Shown here: positions 10,332 to 19,433 of the stretch, piece by piece
Layout of the letters: every line of letters starts with the position of its first letter
Numbering within the stretch: the stretch's first letter is position 1
NCBI GenBank assembly: GCA_965204535.1
Contig: CBDBEV010000001.1
Coordinates: 256,001-320,000 of the forward strand
Length of the DNA: 64,000 nt
Direction: 5' to 3'
Origin: a bacterium
Lineage (GTDB): Bacteria; UBA8248
Notes under the pieces: generated by a model
Database searches by the model: none
The model's input: only the letters and a program-made list of their open reading frames with translations
Told to the model about the DNA's origin: nothing
Program-made: the position numbers and the translations under genes

Positions 10332-11528
10332 CTAGTTCTTGGCCCTGTCCTTCCATTTGGGCATCGGCAGCTTGTAGGGCACTTCCGAAATCTTCTTGGG
10401 CCACACGATCTTGCGCTGCCCGTCGAGAATCTGGAAGGTCAAGCCCTCGTGATTGTTCATGTTGGTGTCATCCACTTTCCAGGGACCGATGATGGTCGTG
10501 GTGCTCATGGTGCGCATCGTCCTCCATACCTTGTCCCTGTCAATGGAGCCGGCTCGTTTCACCGCTTCGCCGAAAACCTGCATGGACGCATAGGACTGAC
10601 CCGCATGGTAGTTCGGATCCACGCCGTAGCGCTTCTTATACGCCGCGATGAAAGCCCTCATGCCGGGCCGCTTGAGGATTTCCGGCTTGGGCTCCCACTG
10701 GCTGAAGCCCAGAACGTACTCCGCCGTGTTGCCGAGCTGCTTCGCGAATTTGGGCAGGCCCGGGCCGACGGTTCCGGCGAAGATCTTCATGTTGATGTTG
10801 AGCTCGCGAAGCTGGCGAATCTGCGCCGCGGCGTCCGCGAAGTAACTGTTGGAAATCAGGGCTTCCGCCCGGCGCGCCTTGATCTTCTGAAGCAGCGCGG
10901 TGAAGTCGGTCTGTTTGCGCGGATAGTTCTCGTTCAACACCACCTTGAGGCCGAGCTTCTTCGCCCAGTCCACGGCGCCTTCCGCCGACTGGCGCGGGAA
11001 GAGGCTGTCCTCGCCGATGATGGCGATTCTCTTTACGCCGATGTCTTTGGCGATGTGGAGCGCGCCCTTCTGGTAGTCCTGGGCGACGGCGATGATGTCG
11101 AAGAGATACTTGCGGCCCTTCTTCCAGATGATGCCAGAAGCGGCGCCCGGCGCCAGCGTGGGGTACTTGTATCTTTCCAGCACGTTGGCCACCGCGTCGG
11201 TGATGCCGCTGGAGTAGGGGCCCATGGTCAGGTCCACCTTGTCCTGCGTGATCAGCTTCTCGTAGAGCTTGATGCTGGTCTGCTTGTCCGATTTGTCGTC
11301 CAGGATGATCATATCGATTTTCTTGCCGAGCCAACCACCCTTGGCGTTCATCTGATCCACATACAGATTATAGGAGTTCACCATACGTCCGGCGGGCTCG
11401 GCGTAACGGCCCGTCTGCGAAATGGCGATCCCCAGTGTGACCTTGTCCTTCGCGTGGCTTTTCTCCACGAAGGGAGCAGCCGTGAGGGCGAGAACAAAGC
11501 CGAGAACCAAAACAAGGCTTTTCTTCAT
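10332..11528 (-). CDS. ABC transporter substrate-binding protein (paralog 2)
   Basis: Near-identical to paralog 1 over long stretches; signal peptide. Confidence 0.92.
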   Translation of the reverse strand: MKKSLVLVLGFVLALTAAPFVEKSHAKDKVTLGIAISQTGRYAEPAGRMVNSYNLYVDQMNAKGGWLGKKIDMIILDDKSDKQTSIKLYEKLITQDKVDLTMGPYSSGITDAVANVLERYKYPTLAPGAASGIIWKKGRKYLFDIIAVAQDYQKGALHIAKDIGVKRIAIIGEDSLFPRQSAEGAVDWAKKLGLKVVLNENYPRKQTDFTALLQKIKARRAEALISNSYFADAAAQIRQLRELNINMKIFAGTVGPGLPKFAKQLGNTAEYVLGFSQWEPKPEILKRPGMRAFIAAYKKRYGVDPNYHAGQSYASMQVFGEAVKRAGSIDRDKVWRTMRTMSTTTIIGPWKVDDTNMNNHEGLTFQILDGQRKIVWPKKISEVPYKLPMPKWKDRAKN

Positions 11529-11622
11529 CTCCTATACTCCTCTTATGGAAGTTCAAAGGTTGCGCCGCCATCACAATACGACGCGCTGCGGTTGAACAAC
11601 CTTCGCCATACAAGCCGCCTGC

Positions 11623-12816
11623 CTAGTTCTTGGCCCTGTCCTTCCACTTGGGCATCGGCAGCTTGTAGGGGACTTCCGCGATCTCCTTCGGCCAGACGAT
11701 CTTGCGCTGGCCGTCGAGAATCTGGAAGGTGAGGCCGTCATGATCGTTCAGGTTGTTCTCATCCACCTTCCATTTCCCCATGATGGTCTGGAACTGCGAG
11801 GTGCGAAGCGTCTTCCAGACCTTCTGGCGATCATGAGAACCCGCCTTCTCAATCGCCTGGGTCATAACCTGCATCGATACCCAGGCGATTCCGGCGTGGT
11901 AGTTCGGCTTCACTTTGTGACGCTTCACGTAGGAGTCGATGAAATGCTCCATGCCCGGGAACTTCAGAATCTCGGGCCGGGGCTCCCACTGGCTGAAGCC
12001 CAGCACGTATTCCGCCGTGTTGCCGAGCTGCTTGGCGAACTTGGGCAGGCCGGGGCCGACGGTTCCGGCGAAAATCTTGAGGTTGATGTTGAGCTCTCTG
12101 AGCTGGCGAATCTGGGCCACGGCATCCGCAAAATAGCTGTTCGAGATAAGCGCATCCGCGCGGCGCGCCTTGATCTTCTGGAGCAGCGCGGTGAAGTCGG
12201 TCTGTTTGCGCGGATAGTTCTCGTTCAGCACCACCTCAATGCCGAGATGCTTCGCCCAATGAACGGCGCCCTCGGCCGACTGCCTGGGGAAGAGGCTGTC
12301 CTCGCCGACGATGGCGATTCGCTTCACCCCGATGTCCTTGGCGAGAAATACGGCGCCCCTTTGATAGTTCTGGGCGATGGCGTTCTGGTTGAACAGGTAT
12401 TTTCTGCCCTTCTTCCAGATGATGCCGGAGGAGGCGCCCGGCGCCAGCGTGGGGTACTTGTACCGTTCCAGCACGTTGGCCACGGCGTCGGTGATGCCGC
12501 TCGAATAGGGACCGAGCGTGATATCGACCTTGTCCTGCGTGATTAGCTTCTCGTAGAGCTTGATGCTGGTCTGCTTGTCCGATTTGTCGTCCAGGAGAGT
12601 GACCTTAATCTTCTTTCCCAGCAGACCGCCCTTGGCGTTCAACTGATCGATATACAGCTTGTAGGCGTTCACGAACCTGCCGGCCGGCTCCGCATAACGG
12701 CCCGTCTGGGAGATGGCTCCGCCGAAGTGGATTTCGTCCGCCGCCAGTGCCGGGCTGGCGAAGAACGCCGTCGTCACCACAAATGCGATTGCAATGAAGA
12801 TGCGAACTGCTTTCAT
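11623..12816 (-). CDS. ABC transporter substrate-binding protein (paralog 3, most divergent)
   Basis: Same motifs; different signal peptide and several internal segments. Confidence 0.92.
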   Translation of the reverse strand: MKAVRIFIAIAFVVTTAFFASPALAADEIHFGGAISQTGRYAEPAGRFVNAYKLYIDQLNAKGGLLGKKIKVTLLDDKSDKQTSIKLYEKLITQDKVDITLGPYSSGITDAVANVLERYKYPTLAPGASSGIIWKKGRKYLFNQNAIAQNYQRGAVFLAKDIGVKRIAIVGEDSLFPRQSAEGAVHWAKHLGIEVVLNENYPRKQTDFTALLQKIKARRADALISNSYFADAVAQIRQLRELNINLKIFAGTVGPGLPKFAKQLGNTAEYVLGFSQWEPRPEILKFPGMEHFIDSYVKRHKVKPNYHAGIAWVSMQVMTQAIEKAGSHDRQKVWKTLRTSQFQTIMGKWKVDENNLNDHDGLTFQILDGQRKIVWPKEIAEVPYKLPMPKWKDRAKN

Positions 12817-13032
12817 TTTCTATCCTCCTTTCAGGTGGGAAAAACATCTAATCTCACGGCGGAAAATCCGCCCTTTCTTCAAATGCTTCCAAAGCAGGAT
12901 GAAACGAAGCTCTATACGTGCGCATTCAGTTAAAGAAATAAAGCAAAAATACGTCAAAGACATCAAACGCCGCCGCCGAGCGGCGCGATTCATTAGAGGA
13001 TGAGGTAAATTCTAGCTTGAGGGGAAAAAAAG

Positions 13033-13494
13033 TCAAACGCGCTCGTTTTGCGCTTTCTGAGGTTCCGCTGTTTCCGCGTCCACCGCGCACCCTTCGACCC
13101 AGGCCACGCCGTCTTCGCCGTATTCCTTCTTCCATATCGGCACGATCTGCTTGATGCGGTCGATCGCGTAGCGGCACGCCTTGAAGGCCGCGTCCCGGTG
13201 GGCGGAGGCCGCCGCGATGCCCACCGCGATATCGCCGATGGCGAGGGTTCCCACCCGGTGGGCCATCGCCAGATGCGCGACGCCGAAGCGCTCTTCGATC
13301 TCCTCGGCCACCTGGCGCATCTTCTTCTCCGCCATCTCGGGGTAGGCGTGGTATTCGAGGTGCGTCACCCCCTGCCCCGCGCTGTGGTTGCGGACCTTGC
13401 CGACGAACGTGCAGAGCCCGCCCAACTCGGGAGAATCGAGGCTCTCCGTCAACTCGTCCATGTCGATGGCGGAATCGGTGATGCGGCAAATCAT
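13033..13494 (-). CDS. moaE: Molybdopterin synthase catalytic subunit
   Basis: FVGKVRNH, LEYHAYPEMA, HRVGTL, AHRDAAF, VPIWKKE. Confidence 0.95.
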   Translation of the reverse strand: MICRITDSAIDMDELTESLDSPELGGLCTFVGKVRNHSAGQGVTHLEYHAYPEMAEKKMRQVAEEIEERFGVAHLAMAHRVGTLAIGDIAVGIAAASAHRDAAFKACRYAIDRIKQIVPIWKKEYGEDGVAWVEGCAVDAETAEPQKAQNERV

Positions 13495-13742
13495 GCGCAA
13501 CCTCCGCTGATGGGTGGAATCAACGCGAGTTCGTCGCCCGCATCCACGGGCGTGCCCTCTCCCGCGAACTCCTGGTTGACGGAGACCGCGATGGACTCCA
13601 TGCGTCCGGAAAAAACCGGAAACCGCTCGGCGAGGCTATCCCTCAAATCGGCCACCGTGGCGCTCTCGGGCACTTCCAGGTCGATTTCGTCCTCGCCCGT
13701 CACCTCCTTGGCCCAGGCGAAGCATTTCACGCGGACTTTCAT
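13491..13742 (-). CDS. moaD: Molybdopterin synthase sulfur-carrier subunit, with a Cys-Ala extension after the diglycine
   Basis: VKCFA, VSVNQEF, GDELALIPPISGG-CA-stop; ATGA overlap with moaE. Confidence 0.92.
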   Translation of the reverse strand: MKVRVKCFAWAKEVTGEDEIDLEVPESATVADLRDSLAERFPVFSGRMESIAVSVNQEFAGEGTPVDAGDELALIPPISGGCA

Positions 13743-13877
13743 GCGATTCCTCACTCTTGATGCTGCAATCCGTCATCTCTCTTCGGGATGATAGATATTA
13801 CACCCGGCGGAATCAAGGGGGGTGCTCCGGCCGGCTCGCACTTCTTGCCCGTCTTCTCCGAGTGTATACTCAGCGCC

Positions 13878-15038
13878 ATGAACATCGCCTCTCATCCCGA
13901 ACTCTCAAAAGCACTGGCGGATGCGCTCGAAGACGGCCCCATTCCCTTTCGGCGCTTCATGGAAATCGCCCTCTATCACCCGCAGGGCGGTTACTATTGC
14001 CGGGAAAGTTCGCGAATCGGCCCTGACGGAGATTTCTACACCTCCCCTCACCAGAGCCCCTGGCTCGGACGGATGATCGCGCCGTTGCTCGAGAAAATCC
14101 GGAGACGCATGGATGAACCGCTCTCGCTGCCCGTTTGGGAATACGGCCCGGGGGAGGGATGGCTCGCCTTGGACATCCTCGAGGCGACTCGCTCATCCCT
14201 TGCGGCCCTCCATCGGGCGCTCGCCTATACGTTCGTCGAACAAAGCGCGCAGGCGAAAAAACGGATACGGGAGAAATTCCAGGACTCCGATGAGGTTCGA
14301 TTCGCCGACGCTTCCCCATATCCGCCCGCAGGCTTCGAGGGCGTCGTGCTCGCCCATGAGTTCCTGGACGCCCTGCCCGTCCACGCCCTCATCCAGAAAG
14401 AAAGACATCTACAAGAGAAATACGTGGCGCGGCGCGGCGAGAGGCTTCAGTTTTGCGAAGGCCCGCCCTCGGATGAGCGCCTACGAGACTGGTTCTCTGA
14501 CTTGGAAATTCGGCTCTCCAGGGGCCAGATGGCGGAGGTGAACCTGTGCGCCTTCGATTGGGTGAACGAAGTGGCGCGCCGGATGGAGCGGGGCGCGGTC
14601 CTGATCTTCGACTACGGCTTCTCCGCGCGCGCCCTGTACGGCCCCACCCGCCCCGACGGCGCGCTCCGCGGCTACAGGAACCACACCCTCGTGAACGACG
14701 TTCTCTCACGTCCGGGGGAGACCGACCTCACCACCCACGTCGACTTCACTTCCATTCAGCGAGCGGCCGCCACTCACGGAATGAAACTCGCGGGCTTCAC
14801 CGATCAGGCGCACTTTCTCCTGGGCGCCGGCCTCTCACAGGCGCTGGAAAAAGCGGCGGTCGAGGACGATGACAAGACGAGGCGCGAGCGCCAGTCCGTC
14901 ATGGGCATCATGGGCCCCACGGGTCTGGGCGGGGCCATCAAGGTCATGATGTTATCGAAAAACCTGAAGCTCGATGATTTGAGCGAATTCTCGATGAAGC
15001 CCGACGACAGGGAGTCTCTCGAAACCCTATTCGGCTAG
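13878..15038 (+). CDS. SAM-dependent methyltransferase, NDUFAF7/MidA-like
   Basis: FMEIALYHPQGGYY, GDFYTSP, EYGPGEG, HEFLDALP, FDYG, DLTTHVDF. Confidence 0.88.
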   Translation: MNIASHPELSKALADALEDGPIPFRRFMEIALYHPQGGYYCRESSRIGPDGDFYTSPHQSPWLGRMIAPLLEKIRRRMDEPLSLPVWEYGPGEGWLALDILEATRSSLAALHRALAYTFVEQSAQAKKRIREKFQDSDEVRFADASPYPPAGFEGVVLAHEFLDALPVHALIQKERHLQEKYVARRGERLQFCEGPPSDERLRDWFSDLEIRLSRGQMAEVNLCAFDWVNEVARRMERGAVLIFDYGFSARALYGPTRPDGALRGYRNHTLVNDVLSRPGETDLTTHVDFTSIQRAAATHGMKLAGFTDQAHFLLGAGLSQALEKAAVEDDDKTRRERQSVMGIMGPTGLGGAIKVMMLSKNLKLDDLSEFSMKPDDRESLETLFG

Positions 15039-16825
15039 ACTTCCGCCGGGCGGATGGCGCGCAGTTCAAGCTGCACCGTGGTCTTGCCGCGCCAGCGGTT
15101 CAGGCCGGGGGAAAACGCCACGTCGAGCCTGCCCCTCAAACGCTCCGGCTCCTTGAGCAGCCCCCCCATACCGAAGCCGATGGCTTCTCTCTCCTCGCGG
15201 AACTGCCGCAAGTTCAGCTTCAGGTGCTCGCCCTCGCGGCCCACGGCGCCGGGACTTCCGGCCACCTCGACTCGTGAGGCGCAGAACACGGGCCGCGGGT
15301 TTTCTTCCCCGAAGGGCGCCATTTCTTCCAGTTGTTCGAGGAGCGGCGCGTCCATTTCGGAAAAATCGACACGGGCGTCGAGCAGGAGTTCACGCTCATC
15401 GTCTCCGGATTTCTTCATCCCGCGAATCACCTCCCGGAAACGCTCCCTGAAGGCGTCTATCTTCTCCTCCGCCACCTTGAGGCCCGCGGCGCCCTTGTGT
15501 CCGCCGAACTGGATCAAAAGGTCCGAACAATGCGCGAGCGCATCGTATACGTGAAAACCCATGGCGGAGCGAACCGAGCCCTTCCCCACCCCGTCTTTTA
15601 AGTGGATGAGAACCGAAGGCTGGTGATACTCCTCCGCGAGCTTCGCGGCCACGATGCCCACCACGCCGGGATGCCACTTGCCGCTCGCGAGAACGATGGC
15701 GTCATCACGAGCGTCCGCTCCCGACGAGGCCATCATGGCCATCGCCTCCTCCCAGGCTTGCTGCTGCAGATTCTGACGCTGTCGGTTCCACTCCTCGAGC
15801 ACCTCCGCGCGCGAGCGCGCCTCGCCCTCGTCATCGGCGGTGAGAAGCTCGACGCCCAGGGAGGCCTCCCCCACCCGCCCCGCCGCGTTGAGCCTCGGCG
15901 CTATCAAAAAGGAGATGTGGCCGACGTTGAGCGTGCCGGCTTTGAGGTTCGCAGCCGCTTGCAAGGCGCGGACACCCGCCTTGCGGCGATCCAGGGTCTC
16001 GAACCCGCCCTCGGCCACTTCGGGCGGGGAGAGAATCCCAAGCCCGTGGCGCACGAAAATGTGATTCTCATCCCGCAGGGGAACCACGTCGGCTACCGTA
16101 CCCAACGCCACCAGGTCGAGGTGCTGTTTGAGGTTCGGGAGCGGCGCCCCGAACCCGGCTTCATGCAAGCGTCTCCGGATTGCGGTGATGAGCTTGAACG
16201 CGACCCCGACCCCGCTGAGACCCCGAAAGGGGTATTCACAACCCGTCTGGCGGGGATTCAGGATGGCCAGGGCGGGCGGCAACTCATCGGGCGGGCGATG
16301 ATGATCGGTGATGATGAGGCGAACGCCCATCTCCTCGGCTTCCTTTGCGGCGGCGTGCGCGCTGATTCCGCAATCAACCGTCACCACCGTTTCGCAACCC
16401 GCTTCCTTGAGCTTTTCCAGACCCTTGCGATGCAGGCCGTACCCTTCATCCAGACGGCTCGGAATGTAGTAGGGAACCCTGACGCCGACCTGGGAGAAAA
16501 ACCGGCAAAGGAGCGCCGTGGCGGAGATGCCGTCCACGTCGTAATCCCCATAAACGCCGACGGGGCGGCGGTTTCTTATCCACCCCAGGAGGTGGGAAAC
16601 GGCGTCTTCCATCCCTTTCATCAGAAACGGATCGTGCAGGCCCGCCAGGGGGGCATCCAGGAACTTGCGCGCCTCATCGGGGTGCCGGATTCCCTTTTGC
16701 GCGAGGAGTTTCCCCAGAAGGGGGGGGACGTTCAATTCCCGGGAAAGTTTTTCGGCGGATTCTTCATCGACGGGGCGCAAGGTCCACTTGCGGGGAAAGG
16801 CGAGCGGGCCTGTGGAATCACTCAT
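15035..16825 (-). CDS. recJ: Single-stranded-DNA-specific exonuclease
   Basis: YGDYDVDG, TVDCG, TDHH, LGTVADVVPL, PRLNAAGR, FGGH. Confidence 0.96.
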   Translation of the reverse strand: MSDSTGPLAFPRKWTLRPVDEESAEKLSRELNVPPLLGKLLAQKGIRHPDEARKFLDAPLAGLHDPFLMKGMEDAVSHLLGWIRNRRPVGVYGDYDVDGISATALLCRFFSQVGVRVPYYIPSRLDEGYGLHRKGLEKLKEAGCETVVTVDCGISAHAAAKEAEEMGVRLIITDHHRPPDELPPALAILNPRQTGCEYPFRGLSGVGVAFKLITAIRRRLHEAGFGAPLPNLKQHLDLVALGTVADVVPLRDENHIFVRHGLGILSPPEVAEGGFETLDRRKAGVRALQAAANLKAGTLNVGHISFLIAPRLNAAGRVGEASLGVELLTADDEGEARSRAEVLEEWNRQRQNLQQQAWEEAMAMMASSGADARDDAIVLASGKWHPGVVGIVAAKLAEEYHQPSVLIHLKDGVGKGSVRSAMGFHVYDALAHCSDLLIQFGGHKGAAGLKVAEEKIDAFRERFREVIRGMKKSGDDERELLLDARVDFSEMDAPLLEQLEEMAPFGEENPRPVFCASRVEVAGSPGAVGREGEHLKLNLRQFREEREAIGFGMGGLLKEPERLRGRLDVAFSPGLNRWRGKTTVQLELRAIRPAEV

Positions 16826-16904
16826 CGGCCCTTCATGCTCCCCTGCGCCGTCCGCAGGCGCAGCACCTGGAGAATCGACTCCGAACAAGCGCATCCCTCA
16901 TTTA

Positions 16905-18704
16905 TCACTCACGACTTCGCCCGCCCGGGTCGCGTTTCGAGGGCCACGCAGCGCCTCCTTCCGCCGGGATTGCTTCTTCGAAAATCCCCGCAGACGATTC
17001 ACCGGGGGAATCATCCTGCGGCGATTCGGCGATCGGGACGATCCCCGGACCCAGTTCCTCGAACTCGTCCTCTCCGGCCGGGTCCGGGCGCGGAGAGGAG
17101 CGCCTGCGCCATCCGTCTCTGATGGAAGGCTTCGGCATCGGACGCGCCATCATCTCTCGAGACCCTCTGAGATGAGCGTTCACGGGATTCGAAAAATTCC
17201 GGTCCAACGCAACCATCGAGCGCACCACCTCGCCCGTGAGGCTTTTGGGTCGGCAGGCGTTTCCGTTCATGAGGATAGAGAAAGCGAGAATTTCCCCGTT
17301 TCCGGCGGCCGCATATCCGCTAAAGGCGCGCACGCCGTTCAACACGCCCGTCTTCACCCGCACCCGGCGCGAATCAACCCCACGGCGGCGTCTTTTCTTC
17401 ACCGTCCCGTCTACGCCGAACACGGCCAGCGACGCCATAAACTCGGGCCGCAGCCTGAAATCGTTGTGCGCCGCTTCGAGCAGGGTCGCCAGAGCGCGCG
17501 GCGATGCGCGGTTCATCCTGCTCAGGCCCGAACCATCGGCGAGGGCTATCTCCTTCGCCGAGACGCCGGTGGAGATCAGGAAATCCCGCACAACGCGCAG
17601 GCCTTTTTCCGCGGTACCCGGCGCGCCGTGCGTTTCGGCGCCCATCGTCTTGAGAACCTGTTCGGCCACGAAATTGTTGCTGAACTTGTTGAGCCCGCTC
17701 ACCACCTCGCTCAGGGGCGGCGAGAGGTTTCTCGCGAGAAGCCTTGCATCGGGCGGCGTCGCGGCCCGCCGTATCCCGCCCTTCAAGGCGATTCCCTGCT
17801 TCTCGAACTCGGCGGCGACTGCCCCGGCGGTGAAGGAGGTGGGGTCCGTGACGGGCACCCGGTACAGCTTCATTCTGCTCCCCGCCGGAAACCAACCACT
17901 CACCTGAATGATGTCCTGTCCCTTGGACCGTCTGCGCCCGAGCCGGATTTTCAAGCTCCTGCGCGAGGTCTTCACCCTCGCCCGGAGGCGAAGCGCGCGC
18001 GAAGGCGGCTCGAGGTTCACCACGGCAGGCCTGCCGACTCCATCTCCCGGGGCCACGAGCACCTTCGCCAAGCCAAAATTCAGGGACAGCGCCCCGTGCG
18101 GCGCCAGATAGGGCCGGATGGATCGGCCCACGCGCCACCCCCGCCCATGTTTCTTGTCATCGAAAAACGTATCGTCCGCCACCAGGTCGCCCTCGATGCG
18201 CTTTACGCCTCGCAGTTTGAGCCGGCGCACGAAATCGCGCATCTTTTCATGCACAAAAAGCGGGTCGCCGTAACCCTTGAGATAAAGGTCGCCTCGGACG
18301 ACGCCGCCTCGTATCTTGCCCTTCACATAAAAATCGGTGGCGAAGCGGTAGTCCGGCCCCAGGCGCGCGAGCGCGGCGGCGGCCGTGAAGATTTTGACGT
18401 TCGATGCGGGTATACGACTTGTGGCGGCGTTATGGGAATAAAGCGTCTGCGATGTGGAAACCGAACGAATATAGAGACCCAGGCGTCCGGGGCGGACGCA
18501 CTGCCTTTTTATGGCGCGCCTCACCCTGGCCTGGAAGGCGGCCTTCGAGACAACCCCTTTTTTTGAAGCGATTCTCTTTTTCGGAGCGCGCCTTTTTTTC
18601 GCGGCGGAGGCGTCCGACACGCTCAAAGCGGTGAGGCACAGAATCATCGCCCAAAGGGAAAACCTCAAGAACCGGCCCGCTGAATCCTGCTCCTTTATCC
18701 TCAT
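16905..18704 (-). CDS. dacB: D-alanyl-D-alanine carboxypeptidase/endopeptidase (PBP4, S13) with a low-complexity C-terminal tail
   Basis: PASNVK (SxxK), GYGDP, SNN (SxN), DGSGLSR, KTG. Confidence 0.93.
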   Translation of the reverse strand: MRIKEQDSAGRFLRFSLWAMILCLTALSVSDASAAKKRRAPKKRIASKKGVVSKAAFQARVRRAIKRQCVRPGRLGLYIRSVSTSQTLYSHNAATSRIPASNVKIFTAAAALARLGPDYRFATDFYVKGKIRGGVVRGDLYLKGYGDPLFVHEKMRDFVRRLKLRGVKRIEGDLVADDTFFDDKKHGRGWRVGRSIRPYLAPHGALSLNFGLAKVLVAPGDGVGRPAVVNLEPPSRALRLRARVKTSRRSLKIRLGRRRSKGQDIIQVSGWFPAGSRMKLYRVPVTDPTSFTAGAVAAEFEKQGIALKGGIRRAATPPDARLLARNLSPPLSEVVSGLNKFSNNFVAEQVLKTMGAETHGAPGTAEKGLRVVRDFLISTGVSAKEIALADGSGLSRMNRASPRALATLLEAAHNDFRLRPEFMASLAVFGVDGTVKKRRRRGVDSRRVRVKTGVLNGVRAFSGYAAAGNGEILAFSILMNGNACRPKSLTGEVVRSMVALDRNFSNPVNAHLRGSREMMARPMPKPSIRDGWRRRSSPRPDPAGEDEFEELGPGIVPIAESPQDDSPGESSAGIFEEAIPAEGGAAWPSKRDPGGRSRE

Positions 18705-18755
18705 ATTCGGTTTCCATCACGCTCCGGGCGGGGGCGGGAATACCGGGCATCATTC

Positions 18756-19304
18756 TCACAAAAAAGCGAGGGCCTGCATCACCTGCTGAACCGAGGGGCG
18801 GTCGCTGGGGTATTTACCCACGTGAACGTAGCGAACGACGCCGCTCTTGTCGATGATGATGGTGGCGGGCCGGGCGATCCCTTCTCTCGGATGCAGCACC
18901 CCGAAGTGTTGAATGATTCGCTTCTTCGGGTCCGAAATCAACAGATACCGGATGCTCAACTCCCGCGTCGTCTTGTTCATTTCAAGCGCATTGTCCGCGC
19001 TGATGGCGACGATTTCGGTCTGCAGCCGATGAATTTTTTCGGAAAATCTCTGGAACTCGACGAGTTGCCGCTGGCAGATCACTCAGAAGTGACCCCGATA
19101 GAAGACCAGCACGAGGTTTTTCCTACCCTTGAGGTCGGAGAGCTTGAAGCCCTGTATCTCGAAATCTCGCGCCTCCTCCCCCACCTTGGGACGGTTCTCA
19201 TCGAAAGGCGCCGCCGCCCCCATTCCCGCGCTCACGAGGAGGAAAGCGAACGCCAACGCCGCCAGACGCATGGTTCGCGCCAAATGATTCGTGCTCCATC
19301 TCAT
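18756..19304 (-). CDS. Exported AhpC/TSA peroxiredoxin-like protein, probable selenoprotein (UGA at 19083-19085)
   Basis: Two abutting in-frame ORFs join as LVLVFYRGHF-U-VIC-QRQL (UxxC); Trx-fold C-terminal half (VAISAD, LISDP, RPATIIIDKSGVVRY). Confidence 0.85.
19054..19066 (-). promoter_or_regulatory. Candidate SECIS apical hairpin
   Basis: AACTC-GTC-GAGTT starting 16 nt after the in-frame UGA. Confidence 0.6.
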
Positions 19305-19433
19305 CGGGGAAAACCTCCAAGCCGTTGAACCGGAAAATCACCGCTGAGGCGAATCTTAATCCGCCCGGTGCGGGCTGTAAACCACGAGGGTGCCCCGCGT
19401 TGACGATGAGACGCGGCGTATGCGAATCTCCAG

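Noticed and set aside
13491-13493. Selenocysteine readthrough at the moaD UGA
   Set aside because: The UGA overlaps the moaE start, no SECIS-like hairpin follows, and the frame closes again after 13 codons
6158-18566. Long opposite-strand ORFs (e.g. 6158-7684, 8606-9886, 10449-11732, 15602-17122, 16665-18566)
   Set aside because: Antisense shadows of well-supported genes, expected in GC-rich DNA; no family motifs
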